A stretch of DNA of 64,000 bases from Macrostomum lignano. Lineage: Eukaryota. The translations under genes and the position numbers were made by a program. How positions within the stretch are numbered: the stretch's first letter is position 1; each line of letters begins with the position of its first letter. The stretch covers positions 147,541 through 211,540 of the forward strand of contig NIVC01001207.1 of NCBI GenBank assembly GCA_002269645.1. The letters run 5' to 3'. Shown here piece by piece: positions 27,301-39,460 of the stretch. The notes under the pieces are model-generated. The model searched no databases. It was not told the origin of the DNA and worked only from the letters and a program-made list of their open reading frames with translations.

Positions 27301-30300
27301 ATAACCCACGTACTTTAAAGAACAGTTGAGCGATTCCACAATAACCCATGTACTTTAAAGAACAGTCAGTGATTCCCTTAGCTGCGAGACTAACCTGGTG
27401 AGCTTGAAAAGCCGCATAATCCTAATTATGCTAAAGAACTCCAGCACCTCATAGCTGGTCTCCTCCTCGCTCAGCACCTGATTGAGCACCATATCCATGT
27501 AGAACGACAATGTGGCAATGAAGTCGATAATATTAACTGGCGATTTCAAGAATTCCCGTTTGTCTGGCGTCACCGCGAATCTGGTGATGATTTCAAAGGT
27601 GAACCAGGAGTTGCAAACGCACTCGATGTACAAAAATGCCGTATGAGGCTCCGACCGGTGCTTGTGCAGTACAAACGAGGTGCTGCCATTTTCGTCAATG
27701 AGCACCGTCTCATTCGATATGATGGGCACCCGGAGTCCCGGGAATGTCTTCAGACAGAAGGATAGGATGCTGATTACGATGAAGAATACTGACACCACCG
27801 CCACAATCTGCAAAGCCGGTTGCTTCATGCGTTTGCCTCATTTCGAATTTCTGCACTCTCTGTCCCTCACCCTGCGCCCCTCACTCAGTGTCCCTCACCC
27901 TGCGCCCCTCACTCTCTGTCCCTCACCCTGCGCCCCTCACTCAGTGTCCCTCACCCTGCGCCCCTCACTCAGTGTCCCTCACCCTGCGCCCCTCACTCAG
28001 TGTCCCTCACCCTGCGCCCCTCACTCAGTGTCCCTCACCCTGCGCCCCTCACTCTCTGTCCCTCACCCTGCGCCCCTCACTCAGTGTCCCTCACCCTGCG
28101 CCCCTCACTCAGTGTCCCTCACCCTGCGCCCCTCACTCTCTGTCCCTCACCCTGCGCCCCTCACTCAGTGTCCCTCACCCTGCGCCCCTCACACAGTGTC
28201 CCTCACCCTGCGCCCCTCACTCAGTGTCCCTCACCCTGCGCCCCTCACTCTCTGTCCCTCACCCTGCGCCCCTCACTCAGTGTCCCTCACCCTGCGCCCC
28301 TCACTCAGTGTCCCTCACCCTGCGCCCCTCACTCTCTGTCCCTCACCCTGCGCCCCTCACTCAGTGTCCCTCACCCTGCGCCCCTCACTCAGTGTCCCTC
28401 ACCCTGCGTCCCTCACTCAGTGTCCCTCACCCTGCGCCCCTCACTGTGTCCCTCACTCTAGCTCACTACTTGACAGCGCAAGTTAATTGAAGGGGACAGA
28501 CCAAGGACTACTAGACCAAATACTAGCGATCCTGCAACAGACCTTGGCTGCCATAGAGGAATAGGGTTCATCGAACAGAGCCCACAATTTCGGCTTTATT
28601 CGCTGCCAAAAGTTCAACTTGTTGCTGAGAAACTCCTCTTCCCAGCCGAACTTCTTGTACAGGTCCTCTTCGGCCAGCTTGTCGGTGTCCAGATCTAGCC
28701 GGTCCAGAATGCCCAGGGTCTCCTGGGTCTCCCGGTGAGAGGTGTACGTCATCCAGCAGCAGGGCTCCACCTTAGTGGCAAGTGTATTGGCTATGCTTGA
28801 TTAGAAAAGTGCACGAATAGACGCTCGCGAACGCTGAATTGCAAATTTTTGTCAGAAGGCGAATTTTTTCGCTAATTTGTCTATAATTTATTCCGTTTCT
28901 AAGAAAAAATAAAATTTTATAACCTAAGCTGCCTGGTTTTACAGTGCATGTCGGACTTTAAAAAGTGTTTTGTACGCTATAAGACTGAAGCAGAAGGACG
29001 CAGAGTACGGAGCGTAAGATCGAACGCCAGCTTCGCAGCTGCAGCTGAAGCAAAAATTTCAGCTTCCTGAGAATTTACTTTTTACCATAGACAGCATGCA
29101 GTCTGCTTGCTGACCGCCGGCAAAAACGCAATGCAAGGATTTTCAACCACAGATTCTGTATACCCCTAGATGGGCCTCTCCAGCCGCCTAGCTACAGCGC
29201 GAAAACCCCGGGGTTTTGACCATAGACTGTAGCTTCTGCCGTTCTCAAGCTTTAACAGCAGCAGCTAGTGTCTGTGGCCCTAACCCCAGGGTTTTGACCA
29301 TAGACTGTAGCTTCAGTTGCTCTCAAGCTTTAACAGCAGCAGCTAGTGTCTGTGGCCCTAACCCCAGGGTTTTGACCATAGACTGTAGCTTCAGTTGCTC
29401 TCAAGCTTTAACAGCAGCAGCTAGTGTCTGTGGCCCTAACCCCGGGGTTTTGACCATAGACTGTAGCTTCTGCTGCTCTCAAGCTTTAACAACAGCAGCT
29501 GGGTTTCTTAGAAGTTACTGCACTCGAGTTTCTTAGAAACGAGCCGAAGGTAGTAAGGAACAGATATTTGTCGTATCGCTTAGTGCACTTAGTATGAACC
29601 CGAGAAGAAATAGCTGAATGGGGTTTGGCGCATACTAAATGCAGAGCTCTAAAGATTGCATAATGCGCTCGTAAGTGTTTCGGAAGAGATTCTCGGGGGG
29701 GGATTTCATAGAATGGTTGGAGAATTTCGAAAGAGATTCTCGGGGGGGATTTCATAGAATGGTTGGAGAATTTCAAAAGAGATTCTCGGGAGTATTTCAT
29801 AGAATGGTTGGAGAATTTCGGAAGTGATTCTCGGGGGGGAATTTTATAGAATGGTTGGAGAATTTCGAAAGAGATTCTCGGGGAATTTCATAGAATATCT
29901 TTGAAAACAATTTTAAATAGGATTTTCTAAAAAGAGATGTTCAGAAAATATCTGTTGTCTTTTAGTCAGGCCCTCAAAAAAATTGAGATATTTGTGGAAA
30001 ACAGGTTCTTAAGCGAATTTCTTATCAGATTATCAGAGCAAGGTTTCTCCTGAGCCCCTCGTCTGCATTGGCAGTTTTTTGGAAAGCAAATGACAAATCA
30101 AAGTACAAGCTAGAAGAGAAGGGAACAGCTAATCTGAGGATTAAAAAACCAAGTCACAAACATAAGAGTGTTTTGCTACCATTTTCCCTCGCTGCTACTT
30201 GCTTGAAAAAGCCGGTTTATTTCCCCTAAGGCAGGTGGTGCAGCTGAGAAGCGTGAGCCCGGAGATTCTGTGATGCTAAACCCTTCCCAAGGGGCCAAAC

Positions 30301-32401
30301 GGGATCTGGCACGCACCAGATCCTGTTGTCCTAATTCTTGCTCAACTCGTACTCAAGAGATAGCTACCACCGTCAGTTAGCAGTAAAGCGCATAGACAGG
30401 CGGACAGACTGATTAAGACTATTGGCTTTGGAAGACTATCAAATTATCCTCCTCGCAACTAGACAACGCATTGCGCTGAGTAGGGTCAGCAGAGAGACAC
30501 GTAGAGTCCTGCTGCTTTAGTAGATATTGGGTAGGTCAGCAGAGAGACACGTAGAGTCCTGCTGCTTTAGTAGACCTTGGGTAGGTCAGCAGAGAGACAC
30601 GTAGAGTCCTGCTGCTTTAGTAGATATTGGGTAGGTCAGCAGAGAGACACGTAGAGTCCTGCTGCTTTAGTAGATATTGGGTAGGTCAGCAGAGAGACAC
30701 GTAGAGTCCTGCTGCTTTAGTAGATATTGGGTAGGTCAGCAGAGAGACACGTAGAGTCCTGCTGCTTTAGTAGATATTGGGTAGGTCAGCAGAGAGACAC
30801 GTAGAGTCCTGCTGCTTTAGTAGATATTGGGTAGGTCAGCAGAGAGACACGTAGAGTCCTGCTGCTTTAGTAGACCTTGGGTAGGTCAGCAGAGAGACAC
30901 GTAGAGTCCTGCTGCTTTAGTAGACCTTGGGTAGGTCAGCAGAGAGACACGTAGAGTCCTTCTGCTTTAGTAGATATTGGGTAGGTCAGCAGAGAGACAC
31001 GTAGAGTCCTTCTGCTTTAGTAGATATTGGGTAGGTCAGCAGAGAGACACGTAGAGTCCTTCTGCTTTAGTAGATATTGGGTAGGTCAGCAGAGAGACAC
31101 GGAGAGTCCTTCTGCTTTAGTAGATATTGGGTAGGTCAGCAGAGAGACACGGAGAGTCCTTCTGCTTTAGTAGATATTGGGTAGGTCAGCAGAGAGACAC
31201 GGAGAGTCCTTCTGCTTTAGTAGATATTGGGTAAGTCAGCAGAGAGACACGTAGAGTCCTTCTGCTTTAGTAGACCTTGGGCTGAGCTGAGTTGCCAGTC
31301 ACTAAGAAATTCAGAATATTTTATCGAAGACAGACCAAGGGAAGTAGGAAGAATAAAAAAAAATTTTGCTTTTTCTCGTGATCAGATCTAGGCCGAACTC
31401 AGACCTGAGAGCTCGTGAATTATTAATGGCTGATAATGGAGGCGGCCATATATAAACTAGTGATGGTGCTGGCATCTGGAGAGTAGACTGCATGCCATCG
31501 AGTTTCTGGGAGAGTGGAGTATCGTAATTGCAACGAATGCTTTAGGGATTTACTCGCAGGCAGTTTGGTACGTTAATGTGGAATTAGCTGGTTGTGTCCG
31601 CATTTTTCCATTTGTGCGACTTATTGAAGCATGGAGAGATAGATATATGTACATGTGTATATGCGAATAAATAAAAGGGGTGAGCATTTTTAGAGACTGG
31701 GGGCTGTGTGCTCCCCGGCGCACTTTAAGCGACATTGTCACACAACCGGCGAGAGGCATTACTGCACATTCCACCGACTCCCCTGAGCAGGCACACACTC
31801 ACACAGGAGTGTACAGCGGCCCTAAATTCATTTATCGTTAGGCATGTACACTTAACTCTGCCCTGGGGGTGGTCTTCAAGGTGATTTCTCCATGTTTTCT
31901 TCAATGTGACTGCACTTGGAATCGAGCCTGGGTCGCTGGCATTCGCCACGCTAGACCACTGGGCTACGGCACCCATGTGGTGAGGAATAGGCTGAGGGTT
32001 GGTTGAGGATGAGATGGGATTAGAATTAGGACAGGATTTATTTCAAGGAGAGTTTTGCGTGTTCAAAGCAGCAACCAGGTGATTAAGTCAGCACTTGATG
32101 ACGCTAACAAAAACTGTAAAAGCAGCAAGTGATAGAAATAGCAGAGCGGAGCAGCTAATAAGAAAAAGCGAAAGCCTGAACTACAGGATAGAATCCTTTC
32201 TTCCTTTGGTTGTTGCTTTAAAATCGGCATTTTGCGCCGCCATACTCGTAAAATTGTTCGGTTTAACCAAACTTCAAAAGGGATTTTCAGCCGCAGCCAC
32301 ACGGGCCATTTATGGTTAGTTGGGCATGTTTGACTGTTGTGCCGGGCCCAACGGGTTTAGAACGACTTTTCTAATTTCAAATATTCTACCCGGGCCCATT
32401 T

Positions 32402-32490
<89 letters not shown>

Positions 32491-35400
32491 TCGAAGACAA
32501 ACTAAGAGAGGCGGAAAAGTTACAGAATTAACGGAATGCTTCTGCGAAGTAGTTAAGCCTGTCTGCTTTTCGGTTAACATTCGACTGGCCGCATTCGGTT
32601 ATTCCTGTGTGAAAATTGAAAAGATCCAGCGAAGGCTCGAAAAATATTATGTCCATAATAGATTTGGCCTGTCCATCTGGGCCTGTCTCATGATTCTAAT
32701 GGCCAGCTGAGCCTGTCCATCTGGGCCTGTCTCATGATTCTAATGGCCAGCTGAGCCTGTCCATCTGGGCCTGTCTCATGATTCTAATGTCCAGCTGAGC
32801 CTGTCCATCTGGGCCTGTCTCATGATTCTAATGGCCAGCTGAGCCTGTCCATCTGGGCCTGTCTCATGATTCTAATGGCCAGCTGAGCCTGTCCATCTGG
32901 GCCTGTCTCATGATTCTAATGGCCAGCTGAGCCTGTCCATCTGGGCCTGTCTCATGATTCTAATGGCCAGCTGAGCCTGTCCATCTGGGCCTGTCTCATG
33001 ATTCTAATGGCCAGCTGAGCCTGTCCATCTGGGCCTGTCTCATGATTCTAATGGCCAGCTGAGCCTGTCCATCTGGGCCTGTCTCATGATTCTAATGGCC
33101 AGCTGAGCCTGTCCATCTGGGCCTGTCTCATGATTCTAACCCAATTTAAAACCCAATTTGTGTATTTCCACTCTTATCTGGCCTTGAAATATCCCAATGC
33201 AATGTCCGCTTTGCAGCCCAATCAGAAGGACTCGAATCCCAGTTCTGCCATAGGGAATTTTTTAATTATTTGTTTACAAAGAGCCTCTCGAGAATTGATT
33301 GTCCTTGGGCCCACTGCAGTTACCATGCGATGCTGCAGATGCTGCAGCAGTCTTGTCTGGCATCGAAATCTCGCTTTAATACGCGTTCGAGCTAAAGTGC
33401 AACGCGCGATTCGACTCCACATCTAGTCGACATTCAGATTAATCGCCCCTCCCCCTCCCCAGGATTTGGCAGCGGCTCCCTACCAGGGACGCCGAAGCAA
33501 CAACGAAATTAAAAGCAGAAAAATTCGATCCCTAGCGCTTCGGTTCGCTCAGCATAGGAAGCAGCCAAATACAATTTGACTCGCTTTATTTGTGTAAGGA
33601 CTCGAATATCTGCATTCCCCGCTGCGTTGCCATGGGATGGAAGGCTCCGTTTCGTAATCAGTGAAAAGTCTTACTACTGGCCCCACCCCGACCTTAGAGC
33701 TGGGACACACTTCAAACCTATGAAAACGTATTTGAAGACTCAACGGTGTCGCTTCGAAATACACACTACGCTCGTAGAAGGCAACTGCAGATTGCTTTGC
33801 AACTTATAGATTGACACCTCCTCAGGTGCCATGTGGTAGCTCGATTTCCACTGACAATAACAACCTAAACCTTCTGCACTTTTGCAAATCATCTCGGCGT
33901 TTCCTGGAAATTCACGTTTTGACCATAGACAGCAGTCTGCTTGCTGACTGCCAGCTAGCATTTTTGCATTCTATTATTATGTACTGTCTATGACTCAACC
34001 CGAAGGAGCGCTTGTAAAGACGATAGCGTCTATGAGTAGTAGCTCATGCTCAAACAGAAAAGACATTGCCCAATATCCACCAAAAAGTCGGGATAACACA
34101 TCAACGGACAATTTGAATTCTGTCTGCAGCGTCTAGTGTCAATCGGCACTACGAAGTCTTTGTTACCGTTTTGAATTTTTTGCAAGCACCCTCTACGGAA
34201 ATCTACAACCTCCAACACGAGGACGACACGCCAGTATCTTGCAAAGCATCGGGACCGCACGCTGCAATCAACCAGTGGCCCTTTTTTGTTGCCTCCCCAA
34301 CGGGGAGGGGCGCTGGTTGTTAGTCAGCTGCTAAAACTGCACGTTCCGTGGCTGTCAATTAGATTAAATGCGAAAGGCTAAATCACTAAATGACACCTGT
34401 GCTGTGACGAATTACATACACAATGCATTGTGAGCAAAGAAGAACGCAGCCAACCAGTCGTTTATGAAAGTGCATTTTTAAGGACAGATACAAAATCAGT
34501 GGTAACATGAATCTCTCACTGTCCCTCCCCCCTCCTGCGTAGAGACCTCCTTAGGCTCGACCGCAGGGACCTTCGAGCAGTTAGCGTGGCGCTCTCCGGG
34601 CATGGCTGCTTCTCTCGCCACCGCTTCCTTCAGGTACCTGAGCCCCTTCTGCCCTTCAGGCAGTGAAAACGCTGAGCACTTTATCTGCCACTGCCCGGTC
34701 TTCACTAGGACCAGGCTCACTGGGCTCAGACCAAATCTGATTCTCCCGACATTTGCTGGCCCGAGAGCATCCCGATGCTCGCCTGGTACCTCAGGGACAC
34801 GGGACGAGCTGATTTCTTCCCCACCGCCGGTGAGAAGGCGAGACCAACGGGTCCCCCTGAGCGACATCACTTCAATGGAAGTTATTGGTCGGCAGGGTTC
34901 GCTGCTGACAATGCTCCCTACAATCCGATGCGATACAATCTTCAAAAAATGAAAAAATCTGTTTAAAAAATAACTCACTGTAATGAAAAATTGCATAGCT
35001 GCCACTAACTTTCCTTATAGAATAGCGTTTTCACCCCAGTACTGTTTTTATTTCAAAGAAATACATTTAGCCATATATTATAGTATGGCTGGCGCTAGTT
35101 GCATTCGGCAATTAGGTGTGACAGCCGTCTAACTTTTGCAGCTGTTGAGTCCGCCTGCACCAACCACCCCCATCCCGTGAGCAGCTCGGACTGCTCAAGT
35201 GTATGGGGGGAATTGGCTACATTCCTGCCATTTCCCACTATACCATTAGTTTTGCCACGTGATTTTTGAAGCAGTTCTTTTTTCTGCATGCTCTCTCTGA
35301 CTTGGCTGGCCCACCGACCCGCGGCTCTGAGTTGAGACTCATTTTCGAAATAGAATTTCTTTTTATAAATCTACTTGTGTATGAACTATTTATTGTCCAT

Positions 35401-37028
35401 TGAAACTTGGACTTACATGTACAGTTCCCCCTAGCATCGAACGCTGAGAGGAGAGCAACGATAAATGATCTAGACTTGGAAACTACCGAAAACTCCCTTA
35501 AACCATAGAGTCGATGATTTGAATCTTAAGGAAATAAACTTCGAGGATGTGATGCTTTGAGGATGTGATCTTCGAGGATGTGAAGCTTTGAGGATGTGAT
35601 CTTCGAGGATGTGATGCTTTGAGGATGTGATCTTCGAGGATGTGAAGCTTTGAGGATGTGATCTTCGAGGATGCGATGCTTTGAGGATGTGATCTTCGAG
35701 GATGCGATGCTTTGAGGATGTGATCTTCGAGGATGTGATGCTTTGAGGATGTGATCTTCGAGGATGTGATCTTCGAGGATGCGATGCTTTGAGGATGTGA
35801 TCTTCGTGGATGCAATGCTTTGAGGATATGATCTTCGAGGATGCAATGCTTTGAGGATGTGATCTTCGAGGATGCAATGCTTTGAGGATGTGATCTTCGA
35901 GGATGCAATGCTTTGAGGATGTGATCTTCGAGGATGTGATGCTTTGAAAATGTGATCTTTGAGGATGCGATGCTATGAGGAAGTGATCTTTGATGATGCT
36001 GATCATTTAGAGTTATAAAAGTTTTTTTCTGAAATCTATCGCATACCTACCCACAGACAACTCATTTTTAGTATATAGGATTGTGAGAAAATGATTTTTC
36101 GGCACTGATCGGCATTTAGTCAGTGACATTACTACAAAAAGTATGGATTCCACTAGCAGCTTAGAGTCAATCTGCTCACGCCATTATAGCTCCGGTGGAG
36201 GCTGTGGAGGCCAGAGTAGTTCCATTGGCATGGCTACTAGCTCGTACTGCTGGCTGCATGTAATCCCCATCGGGATTACTCCTAGAAAATAATCCCGCGG
36301 CTTTCTAGTAACTTTGGATGCGATTTTAGGAGGCTTTCTGAGCCATAAATTTATTGGCTACAAATTGGTGGCCTGAAACGGTGACAACGGAACTCTGGGT
36401 CGGATGGGATCTCGGTGAGCGGCTGTCGAAGCTCCGCTCCCAGCCAGGCATCATCAGCAATCGATGGATGCTGCGTTGAGCAGTTTTTCCCCGAGACCCT
36501 CGATTTTACTGTCAGTTCTGAATTTTTTCCATATTTTATGACGCACTTCTTTCATTAATATTCATTGCGTTTGCACTTTAAAACCAGCGAGCTTAAAAGC
36601 GAAAGCAAAGTGGATTTATAGACAGCGGCACTTAGGTTTCTCTCACAGAATTTTCCGCTTCAAATACGATTGAAATATTTTTTTTTAAAATCACAAAAAT
36701 GATTTCTGCAACCCAAAGGTTTGTCAAGTAAACTGAAATTTCTCACCTGGTTGCTATCCAGACCCCAGAACTCGAGCTCCTCTTCGAACAGCGGTCCGCA
36801 CACGTCAGTGGGGTAGTGCAGTTTTCCAGTTCGATAGTAGTTCAGTATCTGGGCGAACACCCCCGGGTGTCTGTCAAAGAAATACTCGTTCAGTATCGGA
36901 TCGTAGTTGGCCAGAGCCTCGGTGAGACGGGACAGCCTGGTGGCCGGAATTTTCTTCAGCGTGGCCTTGTAAGTCTCGTGCCGGATGCCGCCAACGTTGA
37001 GTATGACTCGATTATCGGCGTCTGACAT
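21370..37028 (-). CDS. Shaw: Shaw/Kv3 (KCNC) voltage-gated potassium channel (about 648 aa)
   Basis: Exons 37028-36747, 28770-28543, 27807-27395, 27028-26790, 26186-25914, 23094-23017, 21803-21370; 1947 nt in frame. T1 domain [13 protein letters not shown]...[19 protein letters not shown]...VEPCCW, S4 [11 protein letters not shown], pore [11 protein letters not shown]6 PVPVIVSNF. The last two exons (Ala/Gln-rich) are less certain. Confidence 0.96.
22498..22890. mobile_element. Foldback/MITE-like element with long imperfect TIRs
   Basis: Left arm GGG..GACGTTTGCCAGCCGGATATTTATTAACGAATTATGCCCTCT..TTTTGAAAACTGCGGATATAGC mirrors the right arm ending ..CTGGCAAACGTCTTAGACCC; roughly 150 bp per arm; no TSD found. 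Confidence 0.75.
24236..24420 (+). repeat. About 75-bp tandem repeat, 2.5 copies plus degenerate extensions
   Basis: AATAAATTGGGCTATTTTTAGAACATCG...TTCTATGAGGACGGGGAGCCGGG repeated. Confidence 0.8.
26290..26730 (+). repeat. 40-bp minisatellite in a Shaw intron
   Basis: GGGTGCAGTTCGGGTCCCGCCATCATGTCATAGACACTAT, about 11 copies. Confidence 0.95.
27139..27365 (+). repeat. 38-39-bp minisatellite in a Shaw intron
   Basis: ATAACCCACGTACTTTAAAGAACA..GAGCGATTCC, about 6 copies. Confidence 0.92.
27858..28455 (+). repeat. 28-bp minisatellite in a Shaw intron
   Basis: GTGTCCCTCACCCTGCGCCCCTCACTCA, about 21 copies. Confidence 0.96.
29210..29500 (+). repeat. 78-bp tandem repeat, about 3.7 copies
   Basis: Unit starts at 29211, 29289, 29367, 29445. 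Confidence 0.93.
29688..29895 (+). repeat. About 45-bp tandem repeat, 4.5 copies
   Basis: GATTCTCGGGGGGATTTCATAGAATGGTTGGAGAATTTC. Confidence 0.9.
30482..31281 (+). repeat. 50-bp minisatellite, 16 copies
   Basis: GGGTAGGTCAGCAGAGAGACACGTAGAGTCCTGCTGCTTTAGTAGATATT. Confidence 0.97.
31705..31974 (-). mobile_element. tRNA-headed SINE-like element (family 2)
   Basis: Minus strand starts GGGTGCCGTAGCCCAGTGGTCTAGC (A box)...GGCTCGATTCC (B box). The 3' part recurs near-identically at 63928-64000 and the middle part (AGTGTACATGCCT...GGGCYGCTGTACAC) at about 51870-52000. Confidence 0.65.
32404..32487 (+). repeat. (GA)n microsatellite
   Basis: Direct reading. Confidence 0.97.
32667..33139 (+). repeat. 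44-bp minisatellite, about 11 near-identical copies
   Basis: GCCTGTCCATCTGGGCCTGTCTCATGATTCTAATGGCCAGCTGA. Confidence 0.97.
34515..34975 (+). mobile_element. 3' fragment of an RNase H-class (I/Loa/R1-like) LINE, frameshifted
   Basis: [29 protein letters not shown], then CCHC zinc-knuckle-like [17 protein letters not shown] and [10 protein letters not shown] in successive frames, ending in an A-rich tail. Confidence 0.7.
35541..35990 (+). repeat. 31-bp minisatellite built from GAGGATGTGAT subunits
   Basis: TTCGAGGATGTGATGCTTTGAGGATGTGATC. Confidence 0.94.
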
Positions 37029-38957
37029 CGCGTCCGATCGACTGCGGCTCAACTAAAAAAAAATTGCTAGGCAACTCCTCTGCCTTTTCTGTCTGCTGAA
37101 GCTTGGCTTCTATCTGCTGCTCTCTATTTCTGTTGTTGTTGTTGTTTTTCGTCGCTTTAGGAAGACCCTTGCTACGAGCTGCAAGCGCGCGTCAAGAAAG
37201 CGCAGTGGGACCGCGTGGCCGTTTGAAATGGAGGGAGGTGGTGGTGGTGGTGGTGGTGGTGGTCGTGGTGGAAGGCGAAGGTACTGCAGTTGCGGCCGGC
37301 GGTTGGCTGTGGCAGGGGGACAGGGCGTGTGGGTTGGGAAAGCATTCGCGCAGCGTAAGTGGCGTTTGGTCCGTGCGAGCTGGGCATGAAAGGGGAGCGA
37401 GGGAGTTGGTGGGGGAGACGACAGGCAGGAAGATCTATCTAGAGAGCGCGATTTCTAGTGCGACTCGTACGGAACAGAGTAAGTATGCCGGCTGAGAATG
37501 AAATAGAAGGGAAAGAAAGGGAGAAGAGAAATGGGAGCAACTTAAACTGCTGGCGAGGGTCGCCTTAGCGCTGCGGGATAGGGGGTGGGGGTGGGGCGAC
37601 GATTCCAAGAAGTTATTGGAGTCCCAACTGTCAGGCCGAGAACCCTTATCCCCAATGCAGGCGCTGAGGGTATTGCCCCAGCTGGAATTAATTATTTTAA
37701 TGAAAAGATTTCTCAGCCACTGGTCGCCCGGCTGTCTCTCCTCTTCCCCTCTCCCCCTGACTCTAAACTGTCTCTCGCGCCTCGCTAGTCCGAGAGGCAG
37801 AAGGATAACGCTGGAAAACTTGCTTTAGGGAGAGAAACAGCAAGGGAGAGTAGCGCTGAAATCACACTTTGTTACTGATGCTGCTTGCACTCTGCAGACG
37901 GGAGGGGGGCTGGTGGCGAGCCGGGTGGTCCCCGAGGATCGCAGAGGCAAGTGTGTCGGTTTCGAAAATCTCCTCAGAAATCTCCCAAGAGTGACTGAGA
38001 TTCCGCGCAGTTCAAAATCTCGCCCGAAGTGCCCCACTGCGGGGGTCTAGCTGCAGCCGATTGTTTACCAAGTGTTCCTCACCCCACCGAATGAAGGAAA
38101 TTTGGTAGCGAGTGTGGCATTGAAAACACGGTACGACTGGCACTGTCTGTGTAAAATGTGTGTGGGAAATCTTGTCAATTAGACACTCACTGCTAAGGGG
38201 GGGGCGCAGGGGAAAGTGCACGAAGTCGCTAAAAGCCCCCAGAGTGGCCCAGATCTGGCTCAGAAGCCCGACGCCACAGCGACTGCATTATGTCCGCCCC
38301 ACCGAGAAAGCGAGCGAGCGCAGGAGGCCGCGAAAATAATTCACCACAACCCCCTCCCACCCCTGGCTCGATAGTGCGGGGGTTGCGCCGCTTGTTTCTG
38401 ACTGCAAAATGGCGCTCTCCGTAACGCTGCCGCCGCCGCTGCTTGCTGTACGACAGCTGCCGCAGATACCGGCAGCGCTCGTCAAGAAATTGGCAGCGGA
38501 CGCCAGTGGCTGCCTGGCTGAGGGGAAGCGCAACTCTCCGCAAAGCCCAACCCTCCCGATGCCGCTTCCCCTTCATTCTCGCGCCAAAGAAATCGGATGG
38601 TCTGCATAAGGATGCAGGCCCCCCCTGCCTATAGCTTCTTTGACCGATGGTCGCGCGCAGGGTGGGGTTGGGGAGGGGCTGGTAGTAATTGGCTTTACGA
38701 AGAAACGGCCTCGGCATTAAGGTCTGCTAATATATCTGCCATACAGCAGCGGTGGCAGCTGTGCGGTGCTCGAGTGTGGACGCACTAGCTGGCGCAACGA
38801 AGACGAATAGCGGCAGGGTCTGCGCAAAAATCATTGGCTCTATACTGTATTTTGATAGCCGGGGCGCGTTCTGTGGCCGGGCTGCATATGGACGCCTTAG
38901 GGATTTTATTTAATACATTCGTTTACTTACTCACCATGCGCATAGAATACTGTACTG

Positions 38958-39460
38958 CAGGGGCGTAGCCAGGAATATTGATTGGGGGGGGGCGTGAGTT
39001 AGGGGGCGCCAGTTTCTTTTAGGGGGGGGCGCCAGTTTCTTATAGAGGGGGGGGCGCCAGTTTCTTTTAGGGGGGGCGCCAGTTTCTTATAGGGGGGGGG
39101 GCGCCAGTTTCTTTTAGGGGGGCGCCAGTTTCTTATAGGGGGGGGGCGCCATGCAGTTTCTTTTAGGGGGGGGGCGCCAGTTTCTTTTAGGGGGGCGCCA
39201 GTTTCTTATAGGGGGGGGCGGGGGCGCCAGTTTCTTTTAGGCGGGGGCGCCAGTTTCTTTTAGGGGGGGCGCCAGTTTCTTTTAGGGGGGGGCAGTTTTT
39301 ATAGGGGGGAGCAGTTTATTTATGGGGGGGGCGCCAGGAAAGCGGCAGCATTTTCAAAGGGGTGGCAAAGCGCAGTTCTGGGGGGGAGGCGCCAAGGCCA
39401 GAGTTGGTGATTGGGGGTGGGGGCCGCGGCCCCCCTTGCCCCCCTCTGGCTACGCCCCTG
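38958..39460. mobile_element. Non-autonomous hAT-type DNA transposon (MITE) with internal minisatellite
   Basis: Perfect 15-bp TIRs CAGGGGCGTAGCCAG (38958-38972) / CTGGCTACGCCCCTG (39446-39460); 8-bp TSD CTGTACTG at 38950-38957 and 39461-39468. Confidence 0.9.

Noticed and set aside
30300-30327. 11-bp stem-loop ACGGGATCTGG/CCAGATCCTGT
   Set aside because: Too short for a miRNA precursor and matches no known RNA motif; plausible by chance.
6995-31974. tRNA genes at 6995, 9769 and 31974
   Set aside because: A/B boxes are present but the acceptor and T stems do not pair, and each continues into a dispersed repeat body; these are SINE heads.
30482-33139. Regular 44-50-bp arrays resembling CRISPR
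   Set aside because: No unique spacers, no cas genes, eukaryotic intronic context.
37172-37387. His-rich 71-aa ORF upstream of Shaw
   Set aside because: Driven by a (CAC)n microsatellite, ends in a stop, and has no consensus donor linking it to the T1 exon.
38409-38609. 66-aa ORF with good Kozak context as first WDR49 exon
   Set aside because: No suitable donor, and a better phase-matched first exon exists at 40584-40609.
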